A stretch of DNA of 52,859 bases, filler included, from Squatina squatina (taxonomy: Eukaryota), in NCBI GenBank assembly GCA_031763465.1. It is 3 parts of 3 records of this genome, joined end to end, with 100 filler letters (N's around TTAATTAATTAA, not from the genome) between each part and the next. Parts side by side here need not be neighbours in the genome. Positions count along the whole stretch, not along the records: positions 28,562 to 52,859 come from JARFOE010000100.1; 2 more parts are not named here. One strand, written 5' to 3'. The notes under the pieces are model-generated. The model was given only the letters and a program-made list of their open reading frames with translations. It did not search any database and was not told where the DNA came from. Below are positions 32,085 through 44,365 of this stretch, in pieces. The stretch's first letter is position 1. The number at the start of each line of letters is the position of its first letter. The translations under genes and the position numbers were made by a program.

Positions 32085-35000
32085 ATGTAAATTCTGTGCG
32101 TGTAAATTCTGAGAGTATAAAAAGTGGGGAACTCTATGAGCCTAAAGAGAAATGGGTTCTGTGCGTATAAATATCTTTAGATTCTGGGAGTGTAAAAAGT
32201 GGGGGATTCTGTGAGTGTAAAGAGCATGGGATTCTGTGAGTATAAAGAGCGGGAGATTCTGTGACTATAAAGAGTGGGAGATTCTGTGAGTGTAAAGAGC
32301 GGGAGATTCTGTGAGTGTAAAGAGCGGGAAATTCCGTGACGATAAAGAGCGGGAGATTCTGTGAGGGTAAAGAGCGGGAGATTCTGTGAGTATAAAGAGC
32401 GAACAATTCTGTGAGTACAAAGGACAGGAGACTCTGTGAGTATAAAGAGCAGGATATTCTGAGAGTGTAAAGAGCGGGCGATTCTGTGAGTGTAAATTCT
32501 GTGAGTGTAAAAATCTGGCAACCCTGTGACCATAAAGAGCAGTGGGTTCTGTGAGTATAAATAGCTTGAGGTTCTGGGAGTGTAAAAAGTGGTGAATTCT
32601 GTGAGTGTAAAGAGCGGGAGACTCCATGACTATAAAGAGCAGGAGATTTTGTAGTTTACAGAGTTGGAGATTCTGTGAGTATCAACAGGGGGATATTCTG
32701 TGAGTATAAAGAGCGGGAGAATCTGTGAATATACAGAGCAAAAGATTCTGTCAGTATAAACAGTGGGAGATTCTGTGAGCATAAATAATGGGAGATACTG
32801 TGAGTGTAAAGAGCGGGAGATTCTGTGAGTACAAAAAGTGGGAGATTCTGTAGTATAAAGAGTGGGGAATTCTGTTAGCATAAACAGCGGGGGATTCTGT
32901 GAGTATAAAGAGCAGGAGTTTCTGTGAGTACAAAGAGCGGAAGATTCTGTGAGTATAAATAATGGGAGATTCTGTGAGTGTAAAGGGCATCGGATTCTGT
33001 GAGTATAAAGAGTGTGGGATTCTGTGAGTATAAAGAGCGGGAGATTCTGTGAGTATGAAGAGCGGGAGATTCTGTGAGTATAAAGAGCGGGAGATTCTGT
33101 GAGTTTAAAGAGCGGGAGATTCTGTGAGTTTAAAGAGCGGGAGATTCTGTGTGTATAAAGAGCGGGAGATTCTGTGAGTATAAAGAGCGGGAGAGTTTGT
33201 GAGTTTAAAGAGCGGGAGATTCTGTAGTATGAAGAGTGGGAGATTCTGTGAGTATAACGTGCCTGGGATTCTGTGAGTATAAAAAGAGGGAGATTCTGGT
33301 AGTATAAAGAGTGGGGAATTCTGTTAGCATAAACAGCGGGGGATACTGTTGTACAAAGAGAAAAAGATTCTGTGAACATAAATATCGAAAGATTCTGTGA
33401 GAATAAAGAGCAGGAGATTTTGCGAGTATAAAGAGAGGGAGATTTTGTGAGTATAAAGAGCGGGAGATTCAGTAGTATGAAGAGTGGGAGATTCTGTGAG
33501 CAGAACGAGCCTGGGATTCTGTGAGTATAAAGCGCACGATATTCTGTGAGTATAAAGAGCGGGAGAATCTGTGAATATACAGAGCAAAAGATTCTGAGAG
33601 TATAAAGAGTGGGAGATTCTGTGAGTATAAAAAATGGGAGATTCTGTGAGTGTAAAGAGCATCGGATTCTGTGAGTATAAAGATTGTGGGATTCTGTGAG
33701 TATAAAGTGCGGGTGATTTTGTGAATATGAAAAGCATGAGTTTCTGTGAGTATAAAGAATGGGACAGTTTGTGAATATAATGAGCGGGCGATTCAGTAGT
33801 ATGAAGAGTGGGAGATTCTGTGAGTATAAACTGCCTGGGATTCTGTGAGTATAAATAGCGAAAGATTCTGTGAGTTTAAAGAGTGTGGGATTCTGTGAGT
33901 ATGACATGTGGGAAATTCCGTGAGTATAAAGAGCGAAAGATACTGTGAGGTTAAAGAGTGGGAGATTCTGTGAGTATAAAGATTGTGGGATTCTGTGAGT
34001 ATAAAAAGTTGTAGATTCTGTTGTACAAAGAGCGGGGAATTCTGTGAGTATAAAGAGCGGTGGATTCTGTTAGTTTAAAGAGTGGGAGATTCTGTGAGTG
34101 TAACTCATGTGGGATTATGTGAGTACAAAGAGTGGGAAATTCTGTGAGTGTAAAGAGTGTGGGATTATGTGAATATAAAAAGTGGGAAATTCTGCGAGTA
34201 TAAGGATTAGTGGAGTCTGTAAGTATAAAGCGTGGGAGATTCTGTGAGTATAAAAAGCGGGGGATTCTGTGAGTGTAAAGAGTGTGGGATTATGTGAGTA
34301 TAAAAAGTGGGAAATTCTGTGAGAATAAAGCGGGGTGGATAGTGTGAATATAAAAAGCGGGAGATTCTATGAGTATAAATAGTGGTAGATTCTGTGAGTA
34401 TAAAGAGCATGAGATTCTTTAAGTATGAAGAGTGGGAGAATCTGTGAGTATAAAGAATGGGAGATTCTGTGATTATAAAGATGGGAGTTTCTGTGAGTAC
34501 AAAGAGTGGGAGATTCTGTGAGTATAAAGAGTGGGAGATTCTGTGAGTGTAACGAGTGAGAGATTTTGTGAGTAGAAAGAGCATGAGATTCTGTGAGTAT
34601 AAAGAGCGGGGGTTTCTGTGAGTATAAAGTGTGGGAGTTTCTGTGAGTAGAAAGAGCGGTAAATTCTGTGAGTATAAATAATGGGAGATTCTGTGAGTGT
34701 AAAGAGCGTCGGATTCTGTGAGTATAAAGAGTGTGGGATTCTGTGAGTACAAAAAGCGGGATATTCTGTGAGTATAAAGAGCGGGAGATTTTGTGAGTAT
34801 AAAGAGCATGCGTTTCTGTGAGTATAAAGAGCGGGAGTTTCTGTGAGTATAAAGAGCGGGAGATTCTGTGAGGGTAAAGAGCAGTAGATTCTGTAATGTA
34901 AATAGCGGGAGATTCTGTGAGTATAAAGAGCGGGAGATTCTGTAGTATAAAGAGCAAACGATTCTGTGAGAATAAAAAGCAGGAGATTCTGTAGTATAAA

Positions 35001-35307
35001 GAGCGAACGATTCTGTGAGAATAAAAAGCAGGAGATTCTGTGAGTATAAATAGCGAAGGATTCTGTGAGTTTAAAGAGTGGGAGATTCGGTGAGTGTAAA
35101 GAGTGAGGGATTTTGTGAGTGTAAAGAGCAGAGTGTTCTGTGAGTGTAAAGAGCAGAGGATTCTTTGAGTATAAAGAGCGGGACATTCAGTGAATATAAA
35201 GAGTCTGGGATTCTGTAAGTATAAAGATCAGGGGATTCTGTGAGTGTAAAGAGTGGGAGATTCTGTGAGTGTAAAGAGCAGGGGATTCTGTGAGTGTAAA
35301 GAGCGGG
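32085..35307 (+). repeat. 25-bp satellite array, about 125-130 diverged monomers (consensus GAGATTCTGTGAGTATAAAGAGCGG)
   Basis: Continuous head-to-tail monomers running into a gap; some monomers have short deletions. Confidence 0.95.
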
Positions 35308-36580
35308 NNNNNNNNNNNNNNNNNNNNNNNNNNNNNNNNNNNNNNNNNNNNNNNNNNNNNNNNNNNNNNNNNNNNNNNNNNNNNNNNNNNNNNNNNNNNN
35401 NNNNNNNATGCACAGAGATGTTCTGTGATCATTTTAATCATTTAAAACATGCTGATGGACAAAATGGGGTTAATATTATTTGTAAAAACACCATAAATTT
35501 AGAGCATGAAGAGTACAAAAACTACAAAAGGGTAATAAAAATTGCTGTGAGGTATGGTAATTGGGATCCATTTTAATAAGGTACAACTGGTTTGATCAGG
35601 GATTCTCCAGAGAATGATTGTGAAGGAAAATAATGTTCACCCTAGACAAAGACTAAGTTCTGCCACTGCACAGACCAGTTATTTAGCATAACATGACTTG
35701 CAGGCACTACAGTATTTATTTTGGGAACACTTTAAATGCACATTATACTATGCAGCACTGCTTTGTTAAAAGAGCTAAAATAAAGGAAATGGAGATCTAT
35801 ATTGTCTTCCGTGCGTAACTATGCATTCCTTGTTTGTTAAACGTCTCACACTAGGCAGTGAATCTGAATGGTGTCGATACAGAGCGGTTGTATGGTAGAT
35901 TCCATGATTAATCAGTGAAATTCCATCCTCTAGCATCACTCACTGCCCCCTTGTGATGTAAGACCAGACGTACACTGCATTGAAAAGTCAAGACACACAC
36001 TGCACACATACACCTACAAATTCTGCTGAAAGCAGAGGAGGGAGATCGGCTCATTTAGCAGAAGAATTTCCTTTGACATTTCTAGATTACGCAGCTCGAC
36101 ACTGGTTCTCTGCTGACTTACTGAGTGTGCAGCGAGGCAGTCACAGCCTTCATTTGTCGCAANNNNNNNNNNNNNNNNNNNNNNNNNNNNNNNNNNNNNN
36201 NNNNNNNNNNNNNNNNNNNNNNNNNNNNNNNNNNNNNNNNNNNNNNNNNNNNNNNNNNNNNNNNNNNNNNNNNTCTAAGGAAGTCTCTGACAAACTTGTA
36301 CATTTTCATAAAATGTCATTCGTGACTATGTGGAGCATTGCTGTATTCTATCAGCCAGTAGAGCTTGTGTTACTGTGCTTAATTACTGCTTCTAGTAACC
36401 CTTGAGTGACTATCTTATGAAAGGATGAGTATTGCACTAGTAGCTTAAAAGCAGTGAGCATCTGGTAAGAAGAAAAAATCATTATGATTTTCTTTTCTTT
36501 TCAACTGTAGGAACTGTTCTTGTGGAGAAGTTTAGTGCGTTTGACTTTAATTCTGTGCTTCCCCTCCTAACCCCCACCAG

Positions 36581-36623
<43 letters not shown>
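36581..36623 (+). repeat. Poly-C run (43 nt) at a contig edge
   Basis: Homopolymer abutting a 10-N gap. Confidence 0.8.
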
Positions 36624-37268
36624 NNNNNNNNNNTCCAATGCCCATTCCCACCACCCACGTCTTGCCATGTTCCACCTCCTTTCAGACCTTGGTAGCAAAT
36701 GCTGCTATGCCCCCCTCCCCCATGATCAGACCATCCCTGACCAACATCTCCCCCCACCCCTGCAATCAGACTATTGACTTCCTTGTGTAAAGTTTCCCAA
36801 ATGTTATCGTGATAATTAATCTGACCAGGTTGAGTAATTAATATTCTTACAGCCACCTCTACTGCTGATCTTTTTCGATTGTATGATTCGTGCTATGTAC
36901 TGAGAGAGGGACATCAGAAGCCTCGTGTTGTTTTCCACGTCATGACATTTTTTTTCTCCCTATGTGCTCTGCAAAAATGTGCCATGCAAGTTTTTGCCGA
37001 TAATATATTCATAAAATAATTTCCAAACATCAGAAACTGGTTTTAAAAGTTCAGCACTATGACTGTGCTTTGTGCCTGGACTTTGGGAGGAGAAAAGCCT
37101 GACATTCTGGGGTAGTACTGAATAGGATGTACTGTCCACCACACATACACATGGACCTTGTCTGCACGTTAACAATCCTAAGACACTCATTAAACGATCG
37201 GTCAGTCCTTCCAGTGTCCTGACCAAAATTCCTTCTTTAACCAAAATCAGATCAGCTGCTTGTTCATC

Positions 37269-37341
37269 TCATAGAAACATAGAAAATAGGAGCAGGAGTA
37301 GGCCATTTGGCCCTTCGAGCCTGCACAGCCATTCAATATGA
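37269..37341 (-). mobile_element. CR1 LINE 3' tail (another copy at 39433-39462)
   Basis: CATAGAAACATAGAAAATAGGAGCAGGAGTAGGCCATTTGGCCCTTCGAGCCTG. Confidence 0.8.
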
Positions 37342-39999
37342 TCATGGCTGAACCTGCAACTNNNNNNNNNNNNNNNNNNNNNNNNNNNNNNNNNNNNNNN
37401 NNNNNNNNNNNNNNNNNNNNNNNNNNNNNNNNNNNNNNNNNNNNNNNNNNNNNNNNNNNNNTCCCAACTTCCCCACTCAGGCCCCAATGCTCCTCCAGCC
37501 CCTGACAGTGACCATCCCCTCCGATTCACCTCCCCAATCTTCCTCCAGCCCCAATTCGCACCTCTCCACCGATCCTCCTTCAGCCCCAATTCACCATCTC
37601 CCCCCTCTGATCCTCATCAGGCCCGCATTCAACCCACCCATTCCTGGTCCAGACCTGATTCACCCCTCAATTCCTTCCTCCCCTCCTCTCTGCGGCCTAG
37701 TGCCGCAGACCTACCTGGCTGTTAGCCAGCCAGCCTCTCCAATTGGCTGGCTGTGGGGGCAGGAAACAGAGTTTTGAAATGTTAATCAGGCTCTGTCATT
37801 AAATTCAGCAAGGCTTGTGGGAAATCCGTTCTCCCGAGATTCTCGACTGCTTTCTATCCCCAACCCGGTTCTCAATCTGCCTCAAGATTAAAGTTCTGGC
37901 CCATATTCCTGTTTCCCACTGCTCCCTTCTTTGTTAATCCTTCCCCACACTCAGTGCTTCACTTGGCACTCATTCCTCATTATCAAAATCTCAGAGAGTA
38001 GCTGGATCTATGGTATGCTGATAGCAGGTGGAGTGAGTGCTTGAGAGTGCTGTGAAAAGAGCTGGATTCTTCAGCAGCTTTGTGAGCTGCAGCTCATTCT
38101 TGAAGAATGCGCGTAAAAACAGAAGAGGAAAGTACATTAGAATACTTGGCTGCAGGAGATCCTTTCAAATATTACTTACGGAGTAATATACTGTGTGCCA
38201 TGGTGTTCTGTTCTAGATATGTCAAAGGAAACCTGTCTTCTCCATCTTCATTTCACTAGACAGCTTNNNNNNNNNNNNNNNNNNNNNNNNNNNNNNNNNN
38301 NNNNNNNNNNNNNNNNNNNNNNNNNNNNNNNNNNNNNNNNNNNNNNNNNNNNNNNNNNNNNNNNNNNNNNNNNNNNNNNNNNNNNNNNNNNNNNNNNNNN
38401 NNNNNNNNNNNNNNNNNNNNNNNNNNNNNNNNNNNNNNNNNNNNNNNNNNNNNNNNNNNNNNNNNNNNNNNNNNNNNNNNNNNNNNNNNNNNNNNNNNNN
38501 NNNNNNNNNNNNNNNNNNNNNNNNNNNNNNNNNNNNNNNNNNNNNNNNNNNNNNNNNNNNNNNNNNNNNNNNNNNNNNNNNNNNNNNNNNNNNNNNNNNN
38601 NNNNNNNNNNNNNNNNNNNNNNNNNNNNNNNNNNNNGATAATATTTTCTCCTCTTTTATGTTTATGTTTTTCTTGTTTGCAAGTTACACTGACCGAGAAC
38701 TAATTGATTGAAAATGAACCTGAAGAGGAGTGATATAGTCAGCTTATGAACAAATTTAATCCTTTTGTTACACTCTCTTGAATTAGATTGCCATTGCGAT
38801 GAAGATATTTATAAAGAGCTAGGTGCTGCACCTTTCCTTTCTAAGCAGATTTACATTTTCACTTCATCAACTTGTGTGACAGTTCTTGGTGGGTGTTCTT
38901 GTTCGTCCTTTCAATGAAACACGAAAGTTGTCTTCCTACTGGTTTACTATGATTTTTCACATGCATCATGCTGTTCCACAACATCAGGCTCATCGGCGAT
39001 GTGTATCCACAACATTGACAGGATCAAACAAAACACGCGTATCGAGATATATCACTCATTCATATTGCATTGCTTTCAAATTCTTTCCTTCCACGTCCTG
39101 TGTTTTGCTCTACTCGATTTGATTTTTTATGCCTTTGTTATTGCACAATTTACATGTAGAATTTGTGCTGGTTGTGGCAAAATTCAACCTCAGTAGAGAA
39201 GTCTTATTTAAATTTAATTGTACTCTCAGACCTCTGCTGAGCTTGATGGGTCGATAGTTCAAAAGTGGAATAATGCTATCCAGCTGAAAAATCTAAGCCT
39301 GCAGCCGAGTAAAGCTGCATCGGTAAGCAGATATAAGCCCCAAGGTTGCGAAGCTCTGCTCTCGGCTTAGGTTAGGAAATTGGGCCCACAGGCCTATGCA
39401 CCAGATTCGCAATAAAGCACATTTTCCAATAAACATAGAAACATAGAAAATAGGTGCAGGAGNNNNNNNNNNNNNNNNNNNNNNNNNNNNNNNNNNNNNN
39501 NNNNNNNNNNNNNNNNNNNNNNNNNNNNNNNNNNNNNNNNNNNNNNNNNNNNNNNNNNNNNNTCCTAATTAAACCTTTTGTCCTCCTCTGCTGAACTCTA
39601 TATTTCTCCCAGTCCTCAGGATTATTGCTTCATAGGCTTATAGGGCAAGGGGACAGAAGGTAGATAAGATGAAAAGGGCAGAGCTTCAATCAGGGTTGCT
39701 ATAATATGAGGTCACTTCTGTGAGGTCAAGCTACAACAACAACAAAAACAACTAGCATTTATATAGCACCGTTAACATGCAAGACAAAGAAATTGATCTA
39801 AAATTAATTGAACAATTGAAATATTAATAAGGAAAATAGAAACATTTCAGTTAACTGGAAGGGCAAACTATAGATGGAATGCAGAAAATAGTTTATGGAA
39901 TTAATACAGACTTTAGAGNNNNNNNNNNTCTCCTCCTTCTCCTGCTTCTCCTGTTTCTCCTACTTCTCCTCCTTCTCATTCTCCCTCCTTCGCAATAGT

Positions 40000-41400
40000 A
40001 GGAAAAAAATAAAGTATTCAATATGTGTCCTTCTTTATTTACGCTGGCTGTTTTGCTAACATGAACATTAAGTAAAATACACTCTAATGTTGTTAATTTT
40101 GACACTCAGCAAAGTTAACAGATGGTATTTATCAATTTCTCAGATTTCAGGAAATACTAAAATCCCAATTTGAAGAGGAATGCTTTTGAGGTATAATTTA
40201 CCAAACCTAGATTTTAATTAAGGATGTTGAAATATAATTTACCAAAATAAAAATAACTTAAAACGTTTCAAGGGATGTTAAAGTGAATAAAAATAAACCT
40301 TTTGAATATGTTTATAGCAAGCAATATACTGAAGAATAAGTGAAAATTAAGAGAAATTGAAGAGGAAAAAATATAACATAAATGTTAGAGCTTGATTTTG
40401 AACAAGCAATTTTCAGGTAGATCATAATTGCAAGTTCTTATTGGGGTTAAAGAGATAAGGAATAGATACAATTTAATGGTGATATATTCAAGTTCATGAA
40501 GATCATAACAATGAGTAATGAACTATTTATTAGAAACTGAAGTTTATGAATACTTATGAAGCAACAGAATGCATTCAAAAGTTTTTCTTGAAATTTGTAA
40601 AGGGGAACTGCTTATTAAAAATTCTACAGGGATTTGAACAGCGTACCAGAAGTTTTGAAAATACCTCATGTTCCAATTTTAAAAGGGCATCAGGGAACTA
40701 TGTACTTGCTGATTTGACACCTATAGTAACAGCCTTTTACAACAAAAATTCAAGTTCAGTTAATAATGCAAAGGGCAATAATTTCAAGACACCCTGAGTT
40801 TATGGGAGGAAGGTCATACATGACAAATTGGATTTCTTTGAGGGTATCAGAGAATTTGTCGACAAGAGTAATGTGGTAGTTCTTACATGTCTTGACTTCA
40901 GACATTTGATATGGCAACTCAGAAGAGATTTGTAGCTAAAGTAAAAGCTACAAGGGAAATTGGGTAATAAATTGGATAAATATTTGAACAAAAGATAGAG
41001 ATCAATGGTAGAAGTTCTAATTGGACAGCTATGAAAATGGAGTACTTCAGGGATCACTCCTGTGACCTTTGTTACAATGTTTATGAATCATTTTGATGGT
41101 ATTCAGAGTAGAATGTCTAAATTTGCAGGTGATGAAAATTGTATGATAATGCAGATTGCCCAGATCAAAGGAATAGAATTAAAAAGTATCTCGGGTGATT
41201 TGTCAGCTGAATCACAAATGATAATTACCATTACGAACTGCAAGGTAAAAGAGAGACAAAAAAGCAAATAGGTTTATGAAATGAAACGTACATCATTAAA
41301 TAAGGTAAGTCAGGAAAAAATATCATAGTTGATCAAATATTGAAAGTGAATTTCAGGTGTTGAATAACAGCTGAAAAAGTTAAAAAATAGAACTATAGAA
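40000..41400 (+). mobile_element. Ancient AT-decayed CR1 LINE RT region
   Basis: Collinear remnants: SGNY..LT (~40690), GRSYMTN..FFE..CLDF (~40810-40900), GVLQGSLL (~41040), SKFAGD (~41120). Confidence 0.75.
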
Positions 41401-43300
41401 TGTGAGTTCAATGAAGAGATACCTTGCTTCTCGAGCATCTGTTGTGTTCTACCTTAGGGCAGGTCCAAAGTCAAAACTTGCACATGAAATTCTTGAGCCA
41501 CTTACTATGGACGGGCAATTGAGGTGATTTCCCACTACCTTCCTCANNNNNNNNNNNNNNNNNNNNNNNNNNNNNNNNNNNNNNNNNNNNNNNNNNNNNN
41601 NNNNNNNNNNNNNNNNNNNNNNNNNNNNNNNNNNNNNNNNNNNNNNTTAGAAAATAGCCATTCATTCTATACCCTAATTCTGGGCTATAACAAAGCTCAA
41701 ACTTAAGTATTAACAGAACATATTGCTGAAGAAACCTTCAGCAATAAGGAACATTTCCATTCTCACTATTTCACATACATTTAGTATTCGAACAACAACT
41801 GTGCCAAACTCATCTTCTAAAATCAAAGGTCCTTTGTTGAACTGGCACAAGGTGAAACCTCCCACAGTTTTAAAATGCTATATTTACAAGATTAAACATG
41901 CCATTAGCAATCATTAAGCATTTGCTAAATTGCAATGTCCATTATCCTGTTAATGTTACATTTGAAAATGAATGAATATTTAACATTTTATTTTAAAACT
42001 TACATTACAATGTGCAGCACAGCTATAAAGCACCACAATTACCAACTTTGTGACCTTGATGTTATTGATATTTTAACCAGTTCTGAATATGTATACAATA
42101 CAAAGTCAGATAGATCCATCATCAAGGATGTTCTCGCTGGAATCTATCCAGAATATCAATATTTTACCAAGCTTTTTTTCTCCCCCATTTCGAACAAACA
42201 TGAATCTCAGATGNNNNNNNNNNNNNNNNNNNNNNNNNNNNNNNNNNNNNNNNNNNNNNNNNNNNNNNNNNNNNNNNNNNNNNNNNNNNNNNNNNNNNNN
42301 NNNNNNNNNNNNNCTGTCAATGCAACATGTAAACTACAAGGGTCACTGCAGATGTTTGGAGCTGGGACTGCATATTTGTTTTGTCAAAATATGTTGATTT
42401 TAATTAGTTTCAATCATAGGATGAAATTCCAGTGAACAAATAAAAGACAAAGATAAGTTACATGAGAGGAGATTATTAGTCACTGCAAACCTATCAAAAC
42501 ATAGAAGGCTTACACTTGGGGAATATTTGCACTGCAAATTTATTGTCAGCACAGAGCCCAGCCTGATTTTGGTGCAAAGCAGACTGCCAGTCTGTAACAG
42601 TCTCACATCACTTCAGTTTGGCAGTGCATGGAGTGTAGTACGGTGTCAAATCTGTTGGAACACTGATCAATTGGTGATTTTATCTGGCATCAATTTGAAT
42701 GTTGAGCGAGCAAGGATTCTCTCTTCACCCTAAGAAATCCCTAAGGCTTTAACTTTCTATTCCTTGGGAGAGAGCTGTGCTTCTGCATTTAGCCAGGCAT
42801 GTGCAGAGTTCCCTCCAAAACTGGATAGTTGAAGTTCCAGCCACCCAGTAACTAAGCAATATAAATTAGATTCAATTTGGCTGGAAACCAAACTGCATCT
42901 AACAAGTCTCAGACACAGCCAGTAAATTAAAAAAAAAATCATTTTATCTGTTTTACCACCAGTGTTTCAGGTACTTTGATCTAACCAAAGAAAGAGAGAC
43001 AAGCAGACAATTGGCAATAAGCACGTTATACGGTTCTCAGCTGAGCTGCTAGAGGAGTTTTCCCACCATAGGGCGACACCTCAGCCTTATCTGTCTTGCT
43101 GGAACCTGGCACCCATTTTGCTGGCTAATCAAAAGTGCAGCAGTGATGTCCTAAACTATGAAGGAGCGGATTGTCCTCTGGTACTACTCACAGGACTCCA
43201 NNNNNNNNNNNNNNNNNNNNNNNNNNNNNNNNNNNNNNNNNNNNNNNNNNNNNNNNNNNNNNNNNNNNNNNNNNNNNNNNNNNNNNNNNNNNNNNNNNNN

Positions 43301-44365
43301 GTGGAGATGGATGGAGGGAGCGGGAGAGGTGAGATGGAGGCGGGAGCGGGAGCGGGACAGGTGAGATGGATGGAGGCAGCGGGAGCGGAGAGGTGAGATG
43401 GATGGAGGGAGCGGGAGCGGAGCGGTGCAATGGATGGAGGGAGCGGGAATGGAGAGGTGAGATGGATGGATGCATGGAGCGGGAGAGGTGAGATGGATAG
43501 AGGGAGCGGGAGCGAAGAGGTGAGATGGATGGATGGAGGGAGCGGGAGTGGAGAGGTGTGATGGATGGATGGAAGGAGTGGGAGAGGTGAGATGGATGGA
43601 GGGAGTGGGAGAGGTGAGATGGATGGAGGGAGCGGGAGCAGAGAGGTGAGATGGATGGAGGGAGCGGGAGAGGTGAGATGGATGGAGGGAGTGGGAGCGG
43701 AGTGATGAGATGGATGGAGGGAGCCGGAGAGGTGAGATGTATGGAGGGAGCGTGAGAGGTGAGATGGATGAAGGGAGGGAGCGGTGAGGTGAGATGGATG
43801 GATGGAGGGAGCGGAGAGGTGAGATGGATGGAGCGGGAGCGGAGAGATGGATGGAGGGAGCGGGTGCGGAAAGGGGAGATGGATGGAGGGAGCGGGAGAG
43901 GGGAGATGGATGGAGGGAGCGGGAGAGGGGAGATGGATGGAGGGAGCGGGAGAGGTGAGATGGTTGGAGGTAGCGTGAGCGGTGAGATGGATGGAGGGAG
44001 CGGAGAGGTTGGATGGAGCGAGCGGGAGCGGAGAGGTGAGATGGATGGAGGGGGCGGGAGCGGTGAGATGAATGGATGGAGGGAGCGGGAGCGGTGAGAT
44101 GGATGGATGGAGGGAGCGGAGACGTGAGATGGATGGAGGGAGCGGAGCGGAGAGGTGAGATGGATGGAGGGAGCTGGAGCGGGAGCAGAGAGGTGAGATG
44201 GATGGAGGCAGCGGGAGAGGTGAGATGGATGAAGGGAGCGGGAGAGGTGAGATGGATTGATGGATGGAGGGAGCGGGAGCGGAGAGGTGAGATGGATGGA
44301 TGGAGGGAGCGGAGAGGTGTGATGGATGGAGGGAGCGGAGAGGGGAGTTGGATGGAGGTAGAGAG
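43301..44365 (+). repeat. Purine-rich compound minisatellite (GGGAGC)n-GGAGAGGTGAGAT-(GGAT)n-GGA, units of about 27-35 bp
   Basis: More than 30 variable-length units with strong G/A strand bias. Confidence 0.92.

Noticed and set aside
32085-35307. CRISPR-like array, or a repetitive protein gene from the ORFs up to 425 aa
   Set aside because: Monomers abut with no unique spacers, there are no cas genes, and the context is vertebrate. All three minus frames give the same 25-aa periodic peptide, as expected from a stop-free 25-nt unit.
36482-36856. Glycine-rich ORF
   Set aside because: Comes from a poly-C run at a contig edge, possibly a poly-G sequencing artefact, and spans a gap.
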